This document shows, one piece after another, positions 10,401 to 19,895 of a stretch of DNA of 64,000 nt. The notes below the pieces were generated by a model. It did no database searches. It was not told the DNA's origin and saw only the letters and a program-made list of their open reading frames with translations. This DNA is from Bacteroidota bacterium (GTDB lineage: Bacteria > Bacteroidota > Bacteroidia > Palsa-965): positions 29,521 through 93,520 of the forward strand of contig JAJTEY010000001.1 of NCBI GenBank assembly GCA_021299855.1, read 5' to 3'. The stretch's first letter is position 1. Each line of letters opens with the position of its first letter. The position numbers and the translations under genes were made by a program.

Positions 10401-13400
10401 TTCAATACAGTAAACATAAGTGGTTCCGGTGTAAATGGCGGTGCGGTAAACACTATGGCCTATCGCAGGGTAACTACTGCAGCTGATACACTCATCAATA
10501 ATATCCTCGTTAATACGAGGTCCAATGGCACTTCTACTGGAACTCATTACAGCTTAAACTTAAACAACGGCACTACGTTTATAAGTAACAATAACGACTA
10601 TTTTGGTAATGGAGTTGGTTATCAAACTGCGGTAGTTAATTCGGTAAACGTTACCGGTGTAAGTGGATTGGTGTTGAGTATTGGAGGTAACGGCAATTCG
10701 ATTGCGGTAAATCCGAACTTTATTTCTTCCACAGATTTACATATCAATAATACAATAGTCACCGCTTTAGAATCTCGTGCAGCCACGGTGGCATATGTGG
10801 CTAATGACATCGACGGACAAGTTCGTCCTGGACCAACTGCACTGAATGGAGGGGGTACCGCTCCTGACATGGGTGCAGACGAGTTTGACGGTATTCCGTT
10901 GTCTGTTGACGTTGGTGCCTTTTCTTTCTTACAACCTGCAACTCCGGGATGTTATTCACCTACACAAACTATACGCGTTCGAGTAAGAAATTATGCCAAC
11001 TCGCCTTTAAATATGGCTTCCCCGGGTAATGCAGTTACTATTACTGTCAACGTAACCGGACCAAATCCTCAGACATTCAGCATGCCTCCAATTACCTCAG
11101 GTACTATACCCGGTAATGGTTTCTTAGATACGACCGTAACTACTTCCTATAACATGGGCGCAACCGGCACCTATGGTTTCTCTGCAACTGCTACTACAAG
11201 TGTTGAGGTGCTAACCTTGAATGACGCGTTTGGTCCATTAAATATTGTAGTTGCGGGTGGAACTGCGGTCGCCTCCGGTGGTGGGAGAATTTGTTTAGGT
11301 GATCAGGGTACGGTAGTTGTCTCCGGTTTTACGAACGGAGGAACAATTCAATGGCAGGAATCTCCGGACAATATAGTTTGGTCAAACATACCGGCTGCAA
11401 CAAACGATACGTTAGTCATTATCCCTACAGATACTACTTTTTACCGAGCTGATATTTGCGGACAGCATCTTTCAGTATCGGATACATTGTTCCCTCAATT
11501 CGTTGCTCCACCTGTAACTACTAATGATACTATTTGTGGTTTGGATACCGCATTCTTGTCTGCTACCGCTGCAGGAAGTATTCGTTGGTATAATCAACCG
11601 ATTGGTGGTTTACAATTAGCAACAGGAAGTACCTATTCTCCAATTTTATCTGCAACGGATACGTTCTATGTTACTAACGCTACAGGTACGCCTCCTACAA
11701 CGGTAACCACAACTTTTGCAGCAGGTAATGGTTCCTCCGGAAATGTATTCAGAATCTCAGCAATTAATACGATAACTATTACGGGATTTGATGGGCATAT
11801 GACATCCGGTACTGCGAATTGGGAAATTTGGGGACGTCCAGGTGATTATACTTTAATTCCTGGATCAACCGCTAGTAATGCAGGATGGACCCTACTTGGT
11901 TCAGCAAGTGGTGTTGTAGCAGCAGGACTTGGCGTTCCAACACCACTTCCGATAACATTGAACGTTACGATACCCGGCGGAACTGATTACTCCTTTGTTG
12001 TAACTACAACAGGACCAACTGTAAACTATACGAACGGAACCCTATTAAACGCCCCGTTTGTCTCGAATAGCGATTTGATATTCATTCAGGGGCACGGCGG
12101 TGCGTATTTTAATTACTCTTTCTCGCCTCGAGTTTTCAATGGTCGCATCCACTATTCGTCCGGTTGCGAAAGTGCACGTGTACCTGCCATTGTTGTAGTT
12201 AATCCTCCTCCTGCAATCAGTGCGTCATCTTCGAATACTATTTGCGGATCGGGTAGCACAACTCTGACTGTCGCTAGTCCAAATTCGAACTACAATTTCA
12301 CTTGGAGCCCATCGACTGCGTTAAGTGCAACCACAGGCGATACAGTAGTTGCGACCCCTGGTAATACTATTAATTATGTTGTATCAGCGATCGATCCTGC
12401 AACACAGTGTGCTACAACAGATACCATCCAGGCTATTGTTGCCCCGGCGGTTGTGGGTACAGCAACAGTGAGTGATGATACTATATGCGGCAATACACAG
12501 GTTCAATTGGATATTAATTATCCTCCTGCGACCTTTGCTATAGGTACACAGAATGTCCAAAATACCTCGACGACTTACCCATCGCCTTTCGGTCAATTCT
12601 GGTGGGGTGCGAAACACCAAATGCTTATTACCGCTGCGGAGTTGCAAGCCACTGGAATGACAGCAGGTTTTTACAATGCATTAGCGTTTGAATTACCACC
12701 CGGAGCGAATACACCTGCACCTTCACCTGCACTTCAAAATTTCGAACTGCGAATTGCTAATACCTCGTTAACTGCAATGACTACTGCGTTTCAAACAACC
12801 GGCTTTACCTCCTTATTCACTAATGCTGCGTTAAATCCTACTACAGGTACAATGACGTTGGCTTTTAATAATAACTGGTACTGGGACGGTGTTTCTAACA
12901 TAATCGTAGAAACTTGTTTTAATAATAATGCCTTCACTTTAAACTGGGTTTTTCGCCAATCAACTACTGCTTATGCTTCAACTGCGGTTCGTAACGAGGA
13001 TGCGACGGGGGTATGTGCTCAGGCAGTCGCGTTTAGTACATTTAACCAGCGTCCGAACATGATATTTACACGTTCTTCGGGGAGTTATGCTTATGCTTGG
13101 ACCGGTAATTCATTGAGTAACGCTACCATTGAAGATCCAACCGCTACACCAACTGCAAGCGGAAACTATATTGTTGTTATCACTGACACATTGAGCGGAT
13201 GTAACTTTACTGATACAGTGAGCGTGAACGTATTGCCAACTCCGGCTCCAAGTTTCGGTCCTGATACTATCATCTGTTCTACGTCTCCGTTAGTTCTTGA
13301 TGGTACAGCAGGTCCTTACACTTACCTGTGGCAGGATAATTCATCTAACCAAACATTCAGTGTATCGTCATTCGGTATTTATAACGTCTTGGTAACAGAC

Positions 13401-14804
13401 ACAACAAGCGGTTGTACCGGAACAGATACTATTTTGGTTGGTGTTAACCCTGCTCCTGTATTTACTTTAGGTAGCGATGCGGCAGTATGTGCCGGATCTA
13501 ATGTAACCTTTAGCGGTCCGGGTGGTCCTTACGATTACGACTGGAATACAGGAGATTCTGTGATCGCAGTTACTGTTAACACAACAGGTTCGTACATTCT
13601 GGTAGTAACTGATCAAAATAACGGTTGTAGCGCAGCTGATACAGTTGTATTTACAGCTAACCCATTACCTGTTGTTACATTAGGCGCTGATACCAGCTAT
13701 TGCAGCAACAACGCCATCGTACTGAACGGCCCTGCGGGTAACTTCACCTACGTTTGGTCGGATAATTCAACCAACGACATCTTGTCTGTTTCTTCTACAG
13801 GAACATACTTTGTAACAGTTACCGATACAGCTACAACGTGTTTCAATGCTGATACTGTGACTATCATAATTAATGCAACGCCTGTTGTCGCATTAGGAGC
13901 TGATACCACATTCTGTTCTTCAAATGGTCCGTTAACATTGAACGCACCGGCAGGTCCGTACAATTACTTGTGGAGTGACAACTCAAATGGAACTTCATTG
14001 GCTGTTAACACATCCGGAACGTATGCTGTTGCCGTAACTGACAGTTTAAATGGATGTTCATCTAACGACTCGATTAACGTTGTAGTTAATGCTTCTCCAA
14101 ATGCGGTTTTAGCAGACACTTCGTCTTGCGGCAATGGAATTACGTTAACTGCAGCGGGTGGAAACTACACGTACGTGTGGTCAGATAACACCACAGGTCA
14201 GAGCACTACGGTAACTATAAGCGGAAACGTTTCAGTTGTGGTAACTGATACTGCGAATGGCTGTGCGATTACTGATGGTGCTATTGTAAACATCAATACA
14301 CCTCCTACTGCAACAGTTACTGCTTCGGCTGCTAACGTTTGTGCAGATGACGCTAACGTTACATTAACGGGAGCTCCGGCAGGTGGTGTGTTTGTTGGTA
14401 CATCGGTAACCGGTAATGCATTCGATCCTTCTGTAGGTGCCGGTTCTTATGCAGTAGATTATATCTACACCGATGCAAATGGATGTACTGATACAGCTAC
14501 AACTACTATCGTTGTAAGTGCTTGCGTAGGTGTTGAAGAGGCGTTCTTTGGTGTAGGTATGAATGTTTATCCGAATCCGAACAACGGTCAATTCATCTTC
14601 ACTTGCAGCGATGCTAACTTTGCTACAATGACATTCGAAGTAATCAGCATGGACGGAAAAGTTGTTCTGGCAGAGCAAGCTTCAAATGTTCAGGGTCAGT
14701 ACCGTCGCGACATGAACATGTACAACCTGGCTAACGGTGTTTATTACTTCCGAGTAATTGCTGATGGTCAGACTTACATGCAGAAAATCGTTAAGCAGGA
14801 CTAA
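7467..14804 (+). CDS. Giant T9SS-secreted surface protein (2445 aa): N-terminal domain, FN3, beta-helix region, Ig-like repeat stalk, type-A CTD
   Basis: Signal peptide ending GNA-Q; FN3 signature (W..NS...LLSNTLYYYRVYAV); Asn/Gly/Ser-rich I.NN.I repeats; DIDGQVR...PDMGADE motif; repeated LG.DT..C...Y.WSD...G.Y.V.VTD..GC units; C-terminal VYPNPNNG...GVYY...KIVKQ. Confidence 0.9.
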   Translation: MKNRYSSVMSGIWTNLKLFIAGAGILMGMQGNAQVSTYTFSQTSGTYSPISGGTVLGAPTNDDTSFPTNPIGFTFWFNGVAYSTFSVNSNGFIALGGAVNSSYTAISAGTSNNIIAALNADLQGEPTTGDLRYQTIGSFPNRTLVVQWSNYDRFSSTTNTDVYNFQIRLQETSNTVDVVYGSNSSTQVAALSQVGLRGNSSADFNNREVVNGVQTWSTSISGASNAASCEMNPTLAPASGQTYTWTPPAGPSAPTSISFTAVSQTGMTVNWIDNSTTEAQFFVERSLDNITFVPAGTVVSTSTTSTGTSYNLVQTGLLSNTLYYYRVYAVAVTPSGPLSGQQATLPGTLCGTFSVGPTGAYPSLTAAFAAVAANGVICPLVFDLQPAYVSTVETFPLTIPFLGNSTANTITVRPQLGATNLSISSNAVQTINFNGAQNIVFDGRPGSTGTIIQLTLANTSTFGAVVQVGGDAANIGLNYVNVRSVNTGTTIGAVQYTAPASITGSTGHYITNCDFANGATNPQQYVFSSNTLANSYISSVTISNNRFRDWFNATSQNAAVNLGGNIRDWTISNNSFYQSATRTFTAGATHYGILISGSTAGSGGHNISGNFIGGTAPNCGGTPWTIAGTIANRFVAISVNGNSTGNPNATSMQGNTITNFNLTTSSGATTSPGIFCGIQALGTTHNLNIGNVSPNIIGSVTTANAITTSSSTAGGLVMGIVNTSNGAVVINNNLIGGFTVNTSSPTISSSFTGIQTGTAVPGTISNNIVGSTTVPNSIITAASTATTAGIVMGINSTSGNFINITNNTVMNLTNQYAGASTTAVVRGIYSSAGVTTITGNTVRNLSSLAPNISTGINASVQGISLSTFTIGSHVVNNNIINTLANGSSSGNVMVSGITVLGSTSTLLNATVAYNNISALGAPLTSGTATIYGINLIGNPSRVFNNFVNLGSDITGSPITVPNSFIGINKETTAPSAVNFNTVNISGSGVNGGAVNTMAYRRVTTAADTLINNILVNTRSNGTSTGTHYSLNLNNGTTFISNNNDYFGNGVGYQTAVVNSVNVTGVSGLVLSIGGNGNSIAVNPNFISSTDLHINNTIVTALESRAATVAYVANDIDGQVRPGPTALNGGGTAPDMGADEFDGIPLSVDVGAFSFLQPATPGCYSPTQTIRVRVRNYANSPLNMASPGNAVTITVNVTGPNPQTFSMPPITSGTIPGNGFLDTTVTTSYNMGATGTYGFSATATTSVEVLTLNDAFGPLNIVVAGGTAVASGGGRICLGDQGTVVVSGFTNGGTIQWQESPDNIVWSNIPAATNDTLVIIPTDTTFYRADICGQHLSVSDTLFPQFVAPPVTTNDTICGLDTAFLSATAAGSIRWYNQPIGGLQLATGSTYSPILSATDTFYVTNATGTPPTTVTTTFAAGNGSSGNVFRISAINTITITGFDGHMTSGTANWEIWGRPGDYTLIPGSTASNAGWTLLGSASGVVAAGLGVPTPLPITLNVTIPGGTDYSFVVTTTGPTVNYTNGTLLNAPFVSNSDLIFIQGHGGAYFNYSFSPRVFNGRIHYSSGCESARVPAIVVVNPPPAISASSSNTICGSGSTTLTVASPNSNYNFTWSPSTALSATTGDTVVATPGNTINYVVSAIDPATQCATTDTIQAIVAPAVVGTATVSDDTICGNTQVQLDINYPPATFAIGTQNVQNTSTTYPSPFGQFWWGAKHQMLITAAELQATGMTAGFYNALAFELPPGANTPAPSPALQNFELRIANTSLTAMTTAFQTTGFTSLFTNAALNPTTGTMTLAFNNNWYWDGVSNIIVETCFNNNAFTLNWVFRQSTTAYASTAVRNEDATGVCAQAVAFSTFNQRPNMIFTRSSGSYAYAWTGNSLSNATIEDPTATPTASGNYIVVITDTLSGCNFTDTVSVNVLPTPAPSFGPDTIICSTSPLVLDGTAGPYTYLWQDNSSNQTFSVSSFGIYNVLVTDTTSGCTGTDTILVGVNPAPVFTLGSDAAVCAGSNVTFSGPGGPYDYDWNTGDSVIAVTVNTTGSYILVVTDQNNGCSAADTVVFTANPLPVVTLGADTSYCSNNAIVLNGPAGNFTYVWSDNSTNDILSVSSTGTYFVTVTDTATTCFNADTVTIIINATPVVALGADTTFCSSNGPLTLNAPAGPYNYLWSDNSNGTSLAVNTSGTYAVAVTDSLNGCSSNDSINVVVNASPNAVLADTSSCGNGITLTAAGGNYTYVWSDNTTGQSTTVTISGNVSVVVTDTANGCAITDGAIVNINTPPTATVTASAANVCADDANVTLTGAPAGGVFVGTSVTGNAFDPSVGAGSYAVDYIYTDANGCTDTATTTIVVSACVGVEEAFFGVGMNVYPNPNNGQFIFTCSDANFATMTFEVISMDGKVVLAEQASNVQGQYRRDMNMYNLANGVYYFRVIADGQTYMQKIVKQD

Positions 14805-14819
14805 TCCTTGTAATCATCC

Positions 14820-14853
14820 AAAAGAAGCCTCCTATACCGGGAGGCTTTTTTTT
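14820..14853 (+). terminator. Rho-independent terminator
   Basis: AAGCCTCC-tatacc-GGGAGGCTT followed by a T run. Confidence 0.85.
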
Positions 14854-14927
14854 GCTAAAAATTATTAATATGTTTGTACATTATTTGTCTTTACATATAT
14901 TTGTACCCAATAACAACAAAACAAACT

Positions 14928-15512
14928 ATGAAAAAAATCATCTTTACTCTTGTAGCCGGCTTGTTCACAACTACAGCCTCTTTCGCACAAACTAACTGGA
15001 CGGGCGATAATTCGCACAGCAGCGTATTATTTAGCGTTGGCCACATGGGCGTTGCCAAAACTGTCGGATTCTTCACGGAATACGATGTTAAAATGACCTC
15101 CACCAAAGACGACTTCACCGGGTCACAAGTTGAGATCACCATTCAGGCAAAGTCCATCAACACAATGAGCGAGCAGCGCGATAACCACTTGCGCAGCAAA
15201 GACTTTTTCAATACTGATACATTCCCGACAATTACTTTCAAGAGTACTTCATTTACCAAGAAAAAGGGAAATGTGTACGAAATTAAAGGCATGTTAACCA
15301 TGCGTGGCGTAACCAAAGAAGTGGTTCTTGAGGCTGTTTATGGCGGCACTAAAAAAGATCCTTGGGGCAATGAGAAAAGTGGTTGGGCTGTGCGCGGAAA
15401 AGTTGATCGTACTGCATACGGCATTACATGGAATACGCCTATTGAAGGCGGTACAATACTTGACAATTCAGTAGAGTTTATGTGTGAGTTTGAAATGGTG
15501 AAGAAGAAGTAA
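14928..15512 (+). CDS. YceI family lipid/polyisoprenoid-binding protein
   Basis: Signal peptide MKKIIF...SFA-Q; HSSVLFSVGHMG, RDNHLRSKDFF, LTMRGVTK, DPWG. TATATTTG promoter element at 14896. Confidence 0.93.
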   Translation: MKKIIFTLVAGLFTTTASFAQTNWTGDNSHSSVLFSVGHMGVAKTVGFFTEYDVKMTSTKDDFTGSQVEITIQAKSINTMSEQRDNHLRSKDFFNTDTFPTITFKSTSFTKKKGNVYEIKGMLTMRGVTKEVVLEAVYGGTKKDPWGNEKSGWAVRGKVDRTAYGITWNTPIEGGTILDNSVEFMCEFEMVKKK

Positions 15513-15529
15513 TAAGGGGTTCTCTACTG

Positions 15530-15563
15530 AGAAGGCAGCTTGATTAAGCTGCCTTCTTTTTTT
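15530..15563 (+). terminator. Rho-independent terminator
   Basis: AGAAGGCAGCTT-gatt-AAGCTGCCTTCT followed by a T run. Confidence 0.9.
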
Positions 15564-15616
15564 GTATATCACTGAAATAACCTCATTTGCCCCACTCTGC
15601 CTATCTTTAAGGCTGT

Positions 15617-17119
15617 ATGAATACAATCAATCGATTTATACTCAAATCGTATTTACCGCCGTTCGCGATGACGTTCGTGATTTCGGTCTTCATTTTATTC
15701 ATGCAGTTTCTTTGGAAATGGATTGATGAATTAGTCGGGAAAGGATTAGATACGAACGTGGTAATCGAACTTTTCTTCTACGCGGCACTTTCCATGGTAC
15801 CTCTCGCCTTGCCGCTTGCAACATTGTTATCATCGCTTATGACGTTTGGAGGCCTGGCTGAACACTATGAACTAGCTGCCTTCAAAGCATCAGGACTTTC
15901 ATTGATGCGTATTATGCGACCACTTTTCATTTTAAGCTTTGTGGTCAGTATTGGAGCCTTCATATTCGCTAATAACGTACTTCCATTTACTAATTTGCAA
16001 ATGCTATCCACGTTGTTTGATATTCGTCAACAGAAACCTGCGCTGAATATTAAGGAAGGTGTTTTTTACAAGGAAATTGATGGATTCAGTATTCGTATCA
16101 AAGACATCAGCAAAGATGGTAACACTTTAAATGATGTCATGATTTACGATCATACCGATCAAATGGGTAATACATCATTGTCTCTTGCGGAAACCGGCTC
16201 TATGACCATGTCCGACGACAAGAGATATCTCGTGATTGAACTTCGTAATGGTAAAACATACAGGGAAATATGGAATCAGGAAAATGCCGCTAAAAAACGG
16301 CCATTCATGATCATGAAATTTGATAAACAAATCATTCGCATGGACCTATCCGGATTTTCGTTGGAACGCACTGATCAGGATTTGTTCAAAGACAATCATC
16401 AAATGCTGAATGGTTCTCAGCTCTTGGCATACATTGACACCATGCAAACTGAACTCAAGGAAGATAAAATCAATTTTTATCCTTCATTGCGGAATGCTTA
16501 TTTGAACAAAACTAAATATTACTGGACACAAGGTGACAGTTTAGGAAAGAAAGGTATACCGGGATTTATGCTGGATTCACTAGATGAATTCACAAAAATC
16601 AGAACGGCTGAAATGGCTATTAACAGCGCACGAAACTGTAAGAGCGCCAGCGAGTCAAAAGTCAATGAAATTGAAGCTCAACAACGTTCCATCACTCGCT
16701 TTGAAATAGAGTTCTGGAGAAAGTATTCGCTTTCCTTTGCCTGCTTGATTATGTTTTTTATTGGCGCTCCATTAGGTGCAATTATTCGAAAAGGTGGTTT
16801 AGGAATGCCGGTTGTTATATCTATTATTTTATTTATAATATTCTGGGTACTTACAATTACCGGTGAAAAAATTTCGAAAGAAGGAACTATTCCACCATAT
16901 CTGGGCATGTGGCTATCATGTGCCTTCTTCCTTCCCCTGGGTGTTTGGCTAACAAGAAAAGCCGCAGCCGATGCTGCCCTTTTTGATACAGAATCGTACA
17001 TTACGTTCTTCAAAAAAATATTCATACGTAAAAGCGCTAATGGTTCAATAAACGATTCGTCAATGACCTCTAATAACGACCAACACCATTCTGATCATGA
17101 AGGTCCTTCAGATATGTAA
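15617..17119 (+). CDS. LptF/LptG family LPS export permease
   Basis: 3 TM + periplasmic domain + 3 TM; ELAAFKASGLS and IGAPLGAIIRKGG motifs. Confidence 0.9.
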   Translation: MNTINRFILKSYLPPFAMTFVISVFILFMQFLWKWIDELVGKGLDTNVVIELFFYAALSMVPLALPLATLLSSLMTFGGLAEHYELAAFKASGLSLMRIMRPLFILSFVVSIGAFIFANNVLPFTNLQMLSTLFDIRQQKPALNIKEGVFYKEIDGFSIRIKDISKDGNTLNDVMIYDHTDQMGNTSLSLAETGSMTMSDDKRYLVIELRNGKTYREIWNQENAAKKRPFMIMKFDKQIIRMDLSGFSLERTDQDLFKDNHQMLNGSQLLAYIDTMQTELKEDKINFYPSLRNAYLNKTKYYWTQGDSLGKKGIPGFMLDSLDEFTKIRTAEMAINSARNCKSASESKVNEIEAQQRSITRFEIEFWRKYSLSFACLIMFFIGAPLGAIIRKGGLGMPVVISIILFIIFWVLTITGEKISKEGTIPPYLGMWLSCAFFLPLGVWLTRKAAADAALFDTESYITFFKKIFIRKSANGSINDSSMTSNNDQHHSDHEGPSDM

Positions 17120-18299
17120 TAAGCCTCCCGTTCCAACAGTAGACGGTGGTTGTCTTGCTATGAACAGCATGACAGAAGCTTTTTTACATGCGCATGTATC
17201 GTTACAGGTTTTGGCAATGGAAACCGACAAGCATCCATTTGTTCCTGAAAAAATGCCACCCGGATATTTGAAAGCTACAAATATTGAAGTTGTTTATGTC
17301 AATACTAAAATAAATCCGGTTAAGGCTTTTATTAATTTATTTCAGGAGAGTTCATATTTAACTGATCGTTTTTATTCCACGGAATTTGAAGCCAAGTTAA
17401 TTCAGCTACTGGAAGAAGAGTCATACGACATCGTTCAACTTGAAGGACTTTACCTTACGCCATATATTGACGCTATACGTGAAAAAAGTACAGCCCGAAT
17501 CGTATTACGCGCGCACAATATTGAATCTCAATTATGGGAACGACGGACGGCCTTGGTTAAAAATCCGTTATTACGTTTCTGGTTTGGCGTGTTAACAGAG
17601 AAGCTAAAACACTACGAAGAAGAAGTTATTAGAAAAGTAGACGCTATAATTCCGATTTCTGAATACGATGCTGATACGTTTCACATCTGGTTGCGTAAAA
17701 AAGATGTTCCCATTTTTACGGTTCCATATTGCATGACATTACCGGATAAAGATGATACAATTAAGCCAACACATCGCACCGTGTTTCATATCGGATCTAT
17801 GGATTGGGAACCTAACATTAAAGGTGTAAAATGGTTCATTAAGGAAGTTTGGCCGAAAGTATTGGATTTGGTACCCGACGCCCAACTGCATCTTGCCGGA
17901 AGGAAGATGAAGAAAAATGATCCGGAATACATCGGCGATCAAATTATTGTGCACGGCGAGGTTGAAGATGCATTGCAATTCATGCAAAGTTATCAGGTGA
18001 TGATTGCCCCATTATTTAGTGGCGGCGGCATGAAGGTTAAATTAATTGAAGGCATGGCCACCGGTAAGGGTATTGTAACAACTCCAATTGGCGCGGAAGG
18101 AATTCACATGGTGCACCTGAAACATGCCCAAATTGCAGACAATGCAGATGATTTTGCAAATGCTACAGTACGCTATTTTCGTAATCCCGGAATGTTGACC
18201 GACTGCAGTAGCAATGCAGTATACTTGGCACTGGAAGAGCACGACATCAAAAAATCATCGCAGCGAATTGTTGATTTTTATTATTCCCTGATCTTTTAA
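17097..18299 (+). CDS. Glycosyltransferase family 4
   Basis: GT-B pattern: HNIES, GSMDWEPN, GGGMKVKLIEGMA, TTPIGAEG. Confidence 0.9.
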   Translation: MKVLQICNKPPVPTVDGGCLAMNSMTEAFLHAHVSLQVLAMETDKHPFVPEKMPPGYLKATNIEVVYVNTKINPVKAFINLFQESSYLTDRFYSTEFEAKLIQLLEEESYDIVQLEGLYLTPYIDAIREKSTARIVLRAHNIESQLWERRTALVKNPLLRFWFGVLTEKLKHYEEEVIRKVDAIIPISEYDADTFHIWLRKKDVPIFTVPYCMTLPDKDDTIKPTHRTVFHIGSMDWEPNIKGVKWFIKEVWPKVLDLVPDAQLHLAGRKMKKNDPEYIGDQIIVHGEVEDALQFMQSYQVMIAPLFSGGGMKVKLIEGMATGKGIVTTPIGAEGIHMVHLKHAQIADNADDFANATVRYFRNPGMLTDCSSNAVYLALEEHDIKKSSQRIVDFYYSLIF

Positions 18300-18300
18300 T

Positions 18301-19461
18301 ATGAAGTTGTTGATGATTACGTCACGAATTCCATATCCCTTGGAAAAAGGTGATAAACTTCGTGCGTATCATCAGTTACGTGTACTTTCCAAGTCGCATG
18401 AGATTACGTTGGTCGCATTAACAGATGAACCTCCGAATCCGGAAGCACAGAAAGAATTATTAAAATATTGTAAAGATGTACACTTTATCCAATTGAACAA
18501 ATTTGAATTAATTGTTCAATTAATAAAATCTATCGGTAATGCACTACCATTTCAAGTGGCATATTTTAATAATAGGAAGACGCATCAGTTCCTGCAACAA
18601 TTAACGAAAATGCAACCATTTGATGCCGCTTATTTTCAACTGATACGTACTGCTCCTTACGCCAAGTCTGTTCAGGTGCCGCTTAAGATTCTTGACTACA
18701 TGGATACCTTCTCCAAAGGAATGGGCAGGCGTTTAACTGCTGCGAAATTCTGGCAAAAACCTATTATTCGCTGGGAGCAAAAGAAATTGACCAATTACGA
18801 AAATGTAGTATTTAACGAATTTCATAAGCACACCATTATATCTGAGCAAGACCGTGATTTGTTGCCGGTAAGCACAAAATCTTCAGTAGCTGTTGTTCGT
18901 AACGGTGTTGATCATGATTATTTTTCGCCGGATGACACCGAGAAGCATTACGATATCTTGTTTAACGGTAATATGAATTATCCGCCAAACATTGAAAGTG
19001 CTGTGTACCTCGTACATAAAATTATGCCCTTGGTATGGAAGAAAATCCCTACATGTCGGGTGCTGATTTCGGGTGCTGATCCTGCAGAAGAAATTAGAGC
19101 GTTGGCTTCAGATTTGGTTCACGTGACAGGTTGGGTTGATGACATAAGAACCAGTTTTCGCCGGTCGAAAATATTGGTAGCGCCCATGCAATCGAGTATT
19201 GGTTTGCAAAATAAATTACTCGAAGCCATGTCTTGCGGACTACCGTGCATAACAACGCCTTTATCGAACAACGCATTAGGTGCCATACCGAATCAGGAAA
19301 TCATGGTATGCTCATCACCTGACGACTTCGCGCATTCCATCGACTTGTTATTAAATAACAGCGACCAATATCAATTACTTCAAAACAACGGGTTGAAATT
19401 GGTACATCAGTCATTCGGATGGGAAGGTGCAACAGCTCCATTATTGAATTTATTACTCTGA
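18301..19461 (+). CDS. Glycosyltransferase family 4
   Basis: SRIPYPLEKGDKLR, NGVD, GNMNYPPN, GLQNKLLEAM. Confidence 0.9.
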   Translation: MKLLMITSRIPYPLEKGDKLRAYHQLRVLSKSHEITLVALTDEPPNPEAQKELLKYCKDVHFIQLNKFELIVQLIKSIGNALPFQVAYFNNRKTHQFLQQLTKMQPFDAAYFQLIRTAPYAKSVQVPLKILDYMDTFSKGMGRRLTAAKFWQKPIIRWEQKKLTNYENVVFNEFHKHTIISEQDRDLLPVSTKSSVAVVRNGVDHDYFSPDDTEKHYDILFNGNMNYPPNIESAVYLVHKIMPLVWKKIPTCRVLISGADPAEEIRALASDLVHVTGWVDDIRTSFRRSKILVAPMQSSIGLQNKLLEAMSCGLPCITTPLSNNALGAIPNQEIMVCSSPDDFAHSIDLLLNNSDQYQLLQNNGLKLVHQSFGWEGATAPLLNLLL

Positions 19462-19535
19462 TTTTTAAGGTGTTTCGGTGTCATTTTAATCAATAAACAG
19501 TTGTATATTTGATTGCACCAATCAAGAATTTTACC

Positions 19536-19889
19536 ATGAAAAAGTTACTCTTACTTTTTCTCATTCCGATCATTTCATTTAGTTTCACGAACCTGAAATC
19601 GTGGACTTATCAAAATCCGGAATCCGTACAAAATATTTCTGCATACGACGCAGCACTTGCCCAATGTGATTTAGATCGTTATCGTTATGTCGATCACAAA
19701 AACGTTTTGAAATTCGAATCGGGGCTGCGCGTTGAATTATTATCGGCGAATGAATGCATTGCGCAAGGCATCGCCGTTAAGATGGATCGCGTGCGTAATG
19801 CTCCTCCGGAATTTGATACACAACCGATATTTCGTTTAACTGACGATGGAAAAGTGATTGAAATGCTTACACGCAACAAACACAAGTAA
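19536..19889 (+). CDS. Small exported hypothetical protein
   Basis: MKKLLLLFLIP signal peptide; TATATTTG element at 19504; ends 6 nt before the next gene. Confidence 0.75.
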   Translation: MKKLLLLFLIPIISFSFTNLKSWTYQNPESVQNISAYDAALAQCDLDRYRYVDHKNVLKFESGLRVELLSANECIAQGIAVKMDRVRNAPPEFDTQPIFRLTDDGKVIEMLTRNKHK

Positions 19890-19895
19890 TTGACC

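Noticed and set aside
9258..10870. Antisense ORFs inside the giant gene (and similar ones inside 51334-54747)
   Set aside because: Shadow frames caused by Thr/Asn/Val-rich codon bias; no independent protein features.
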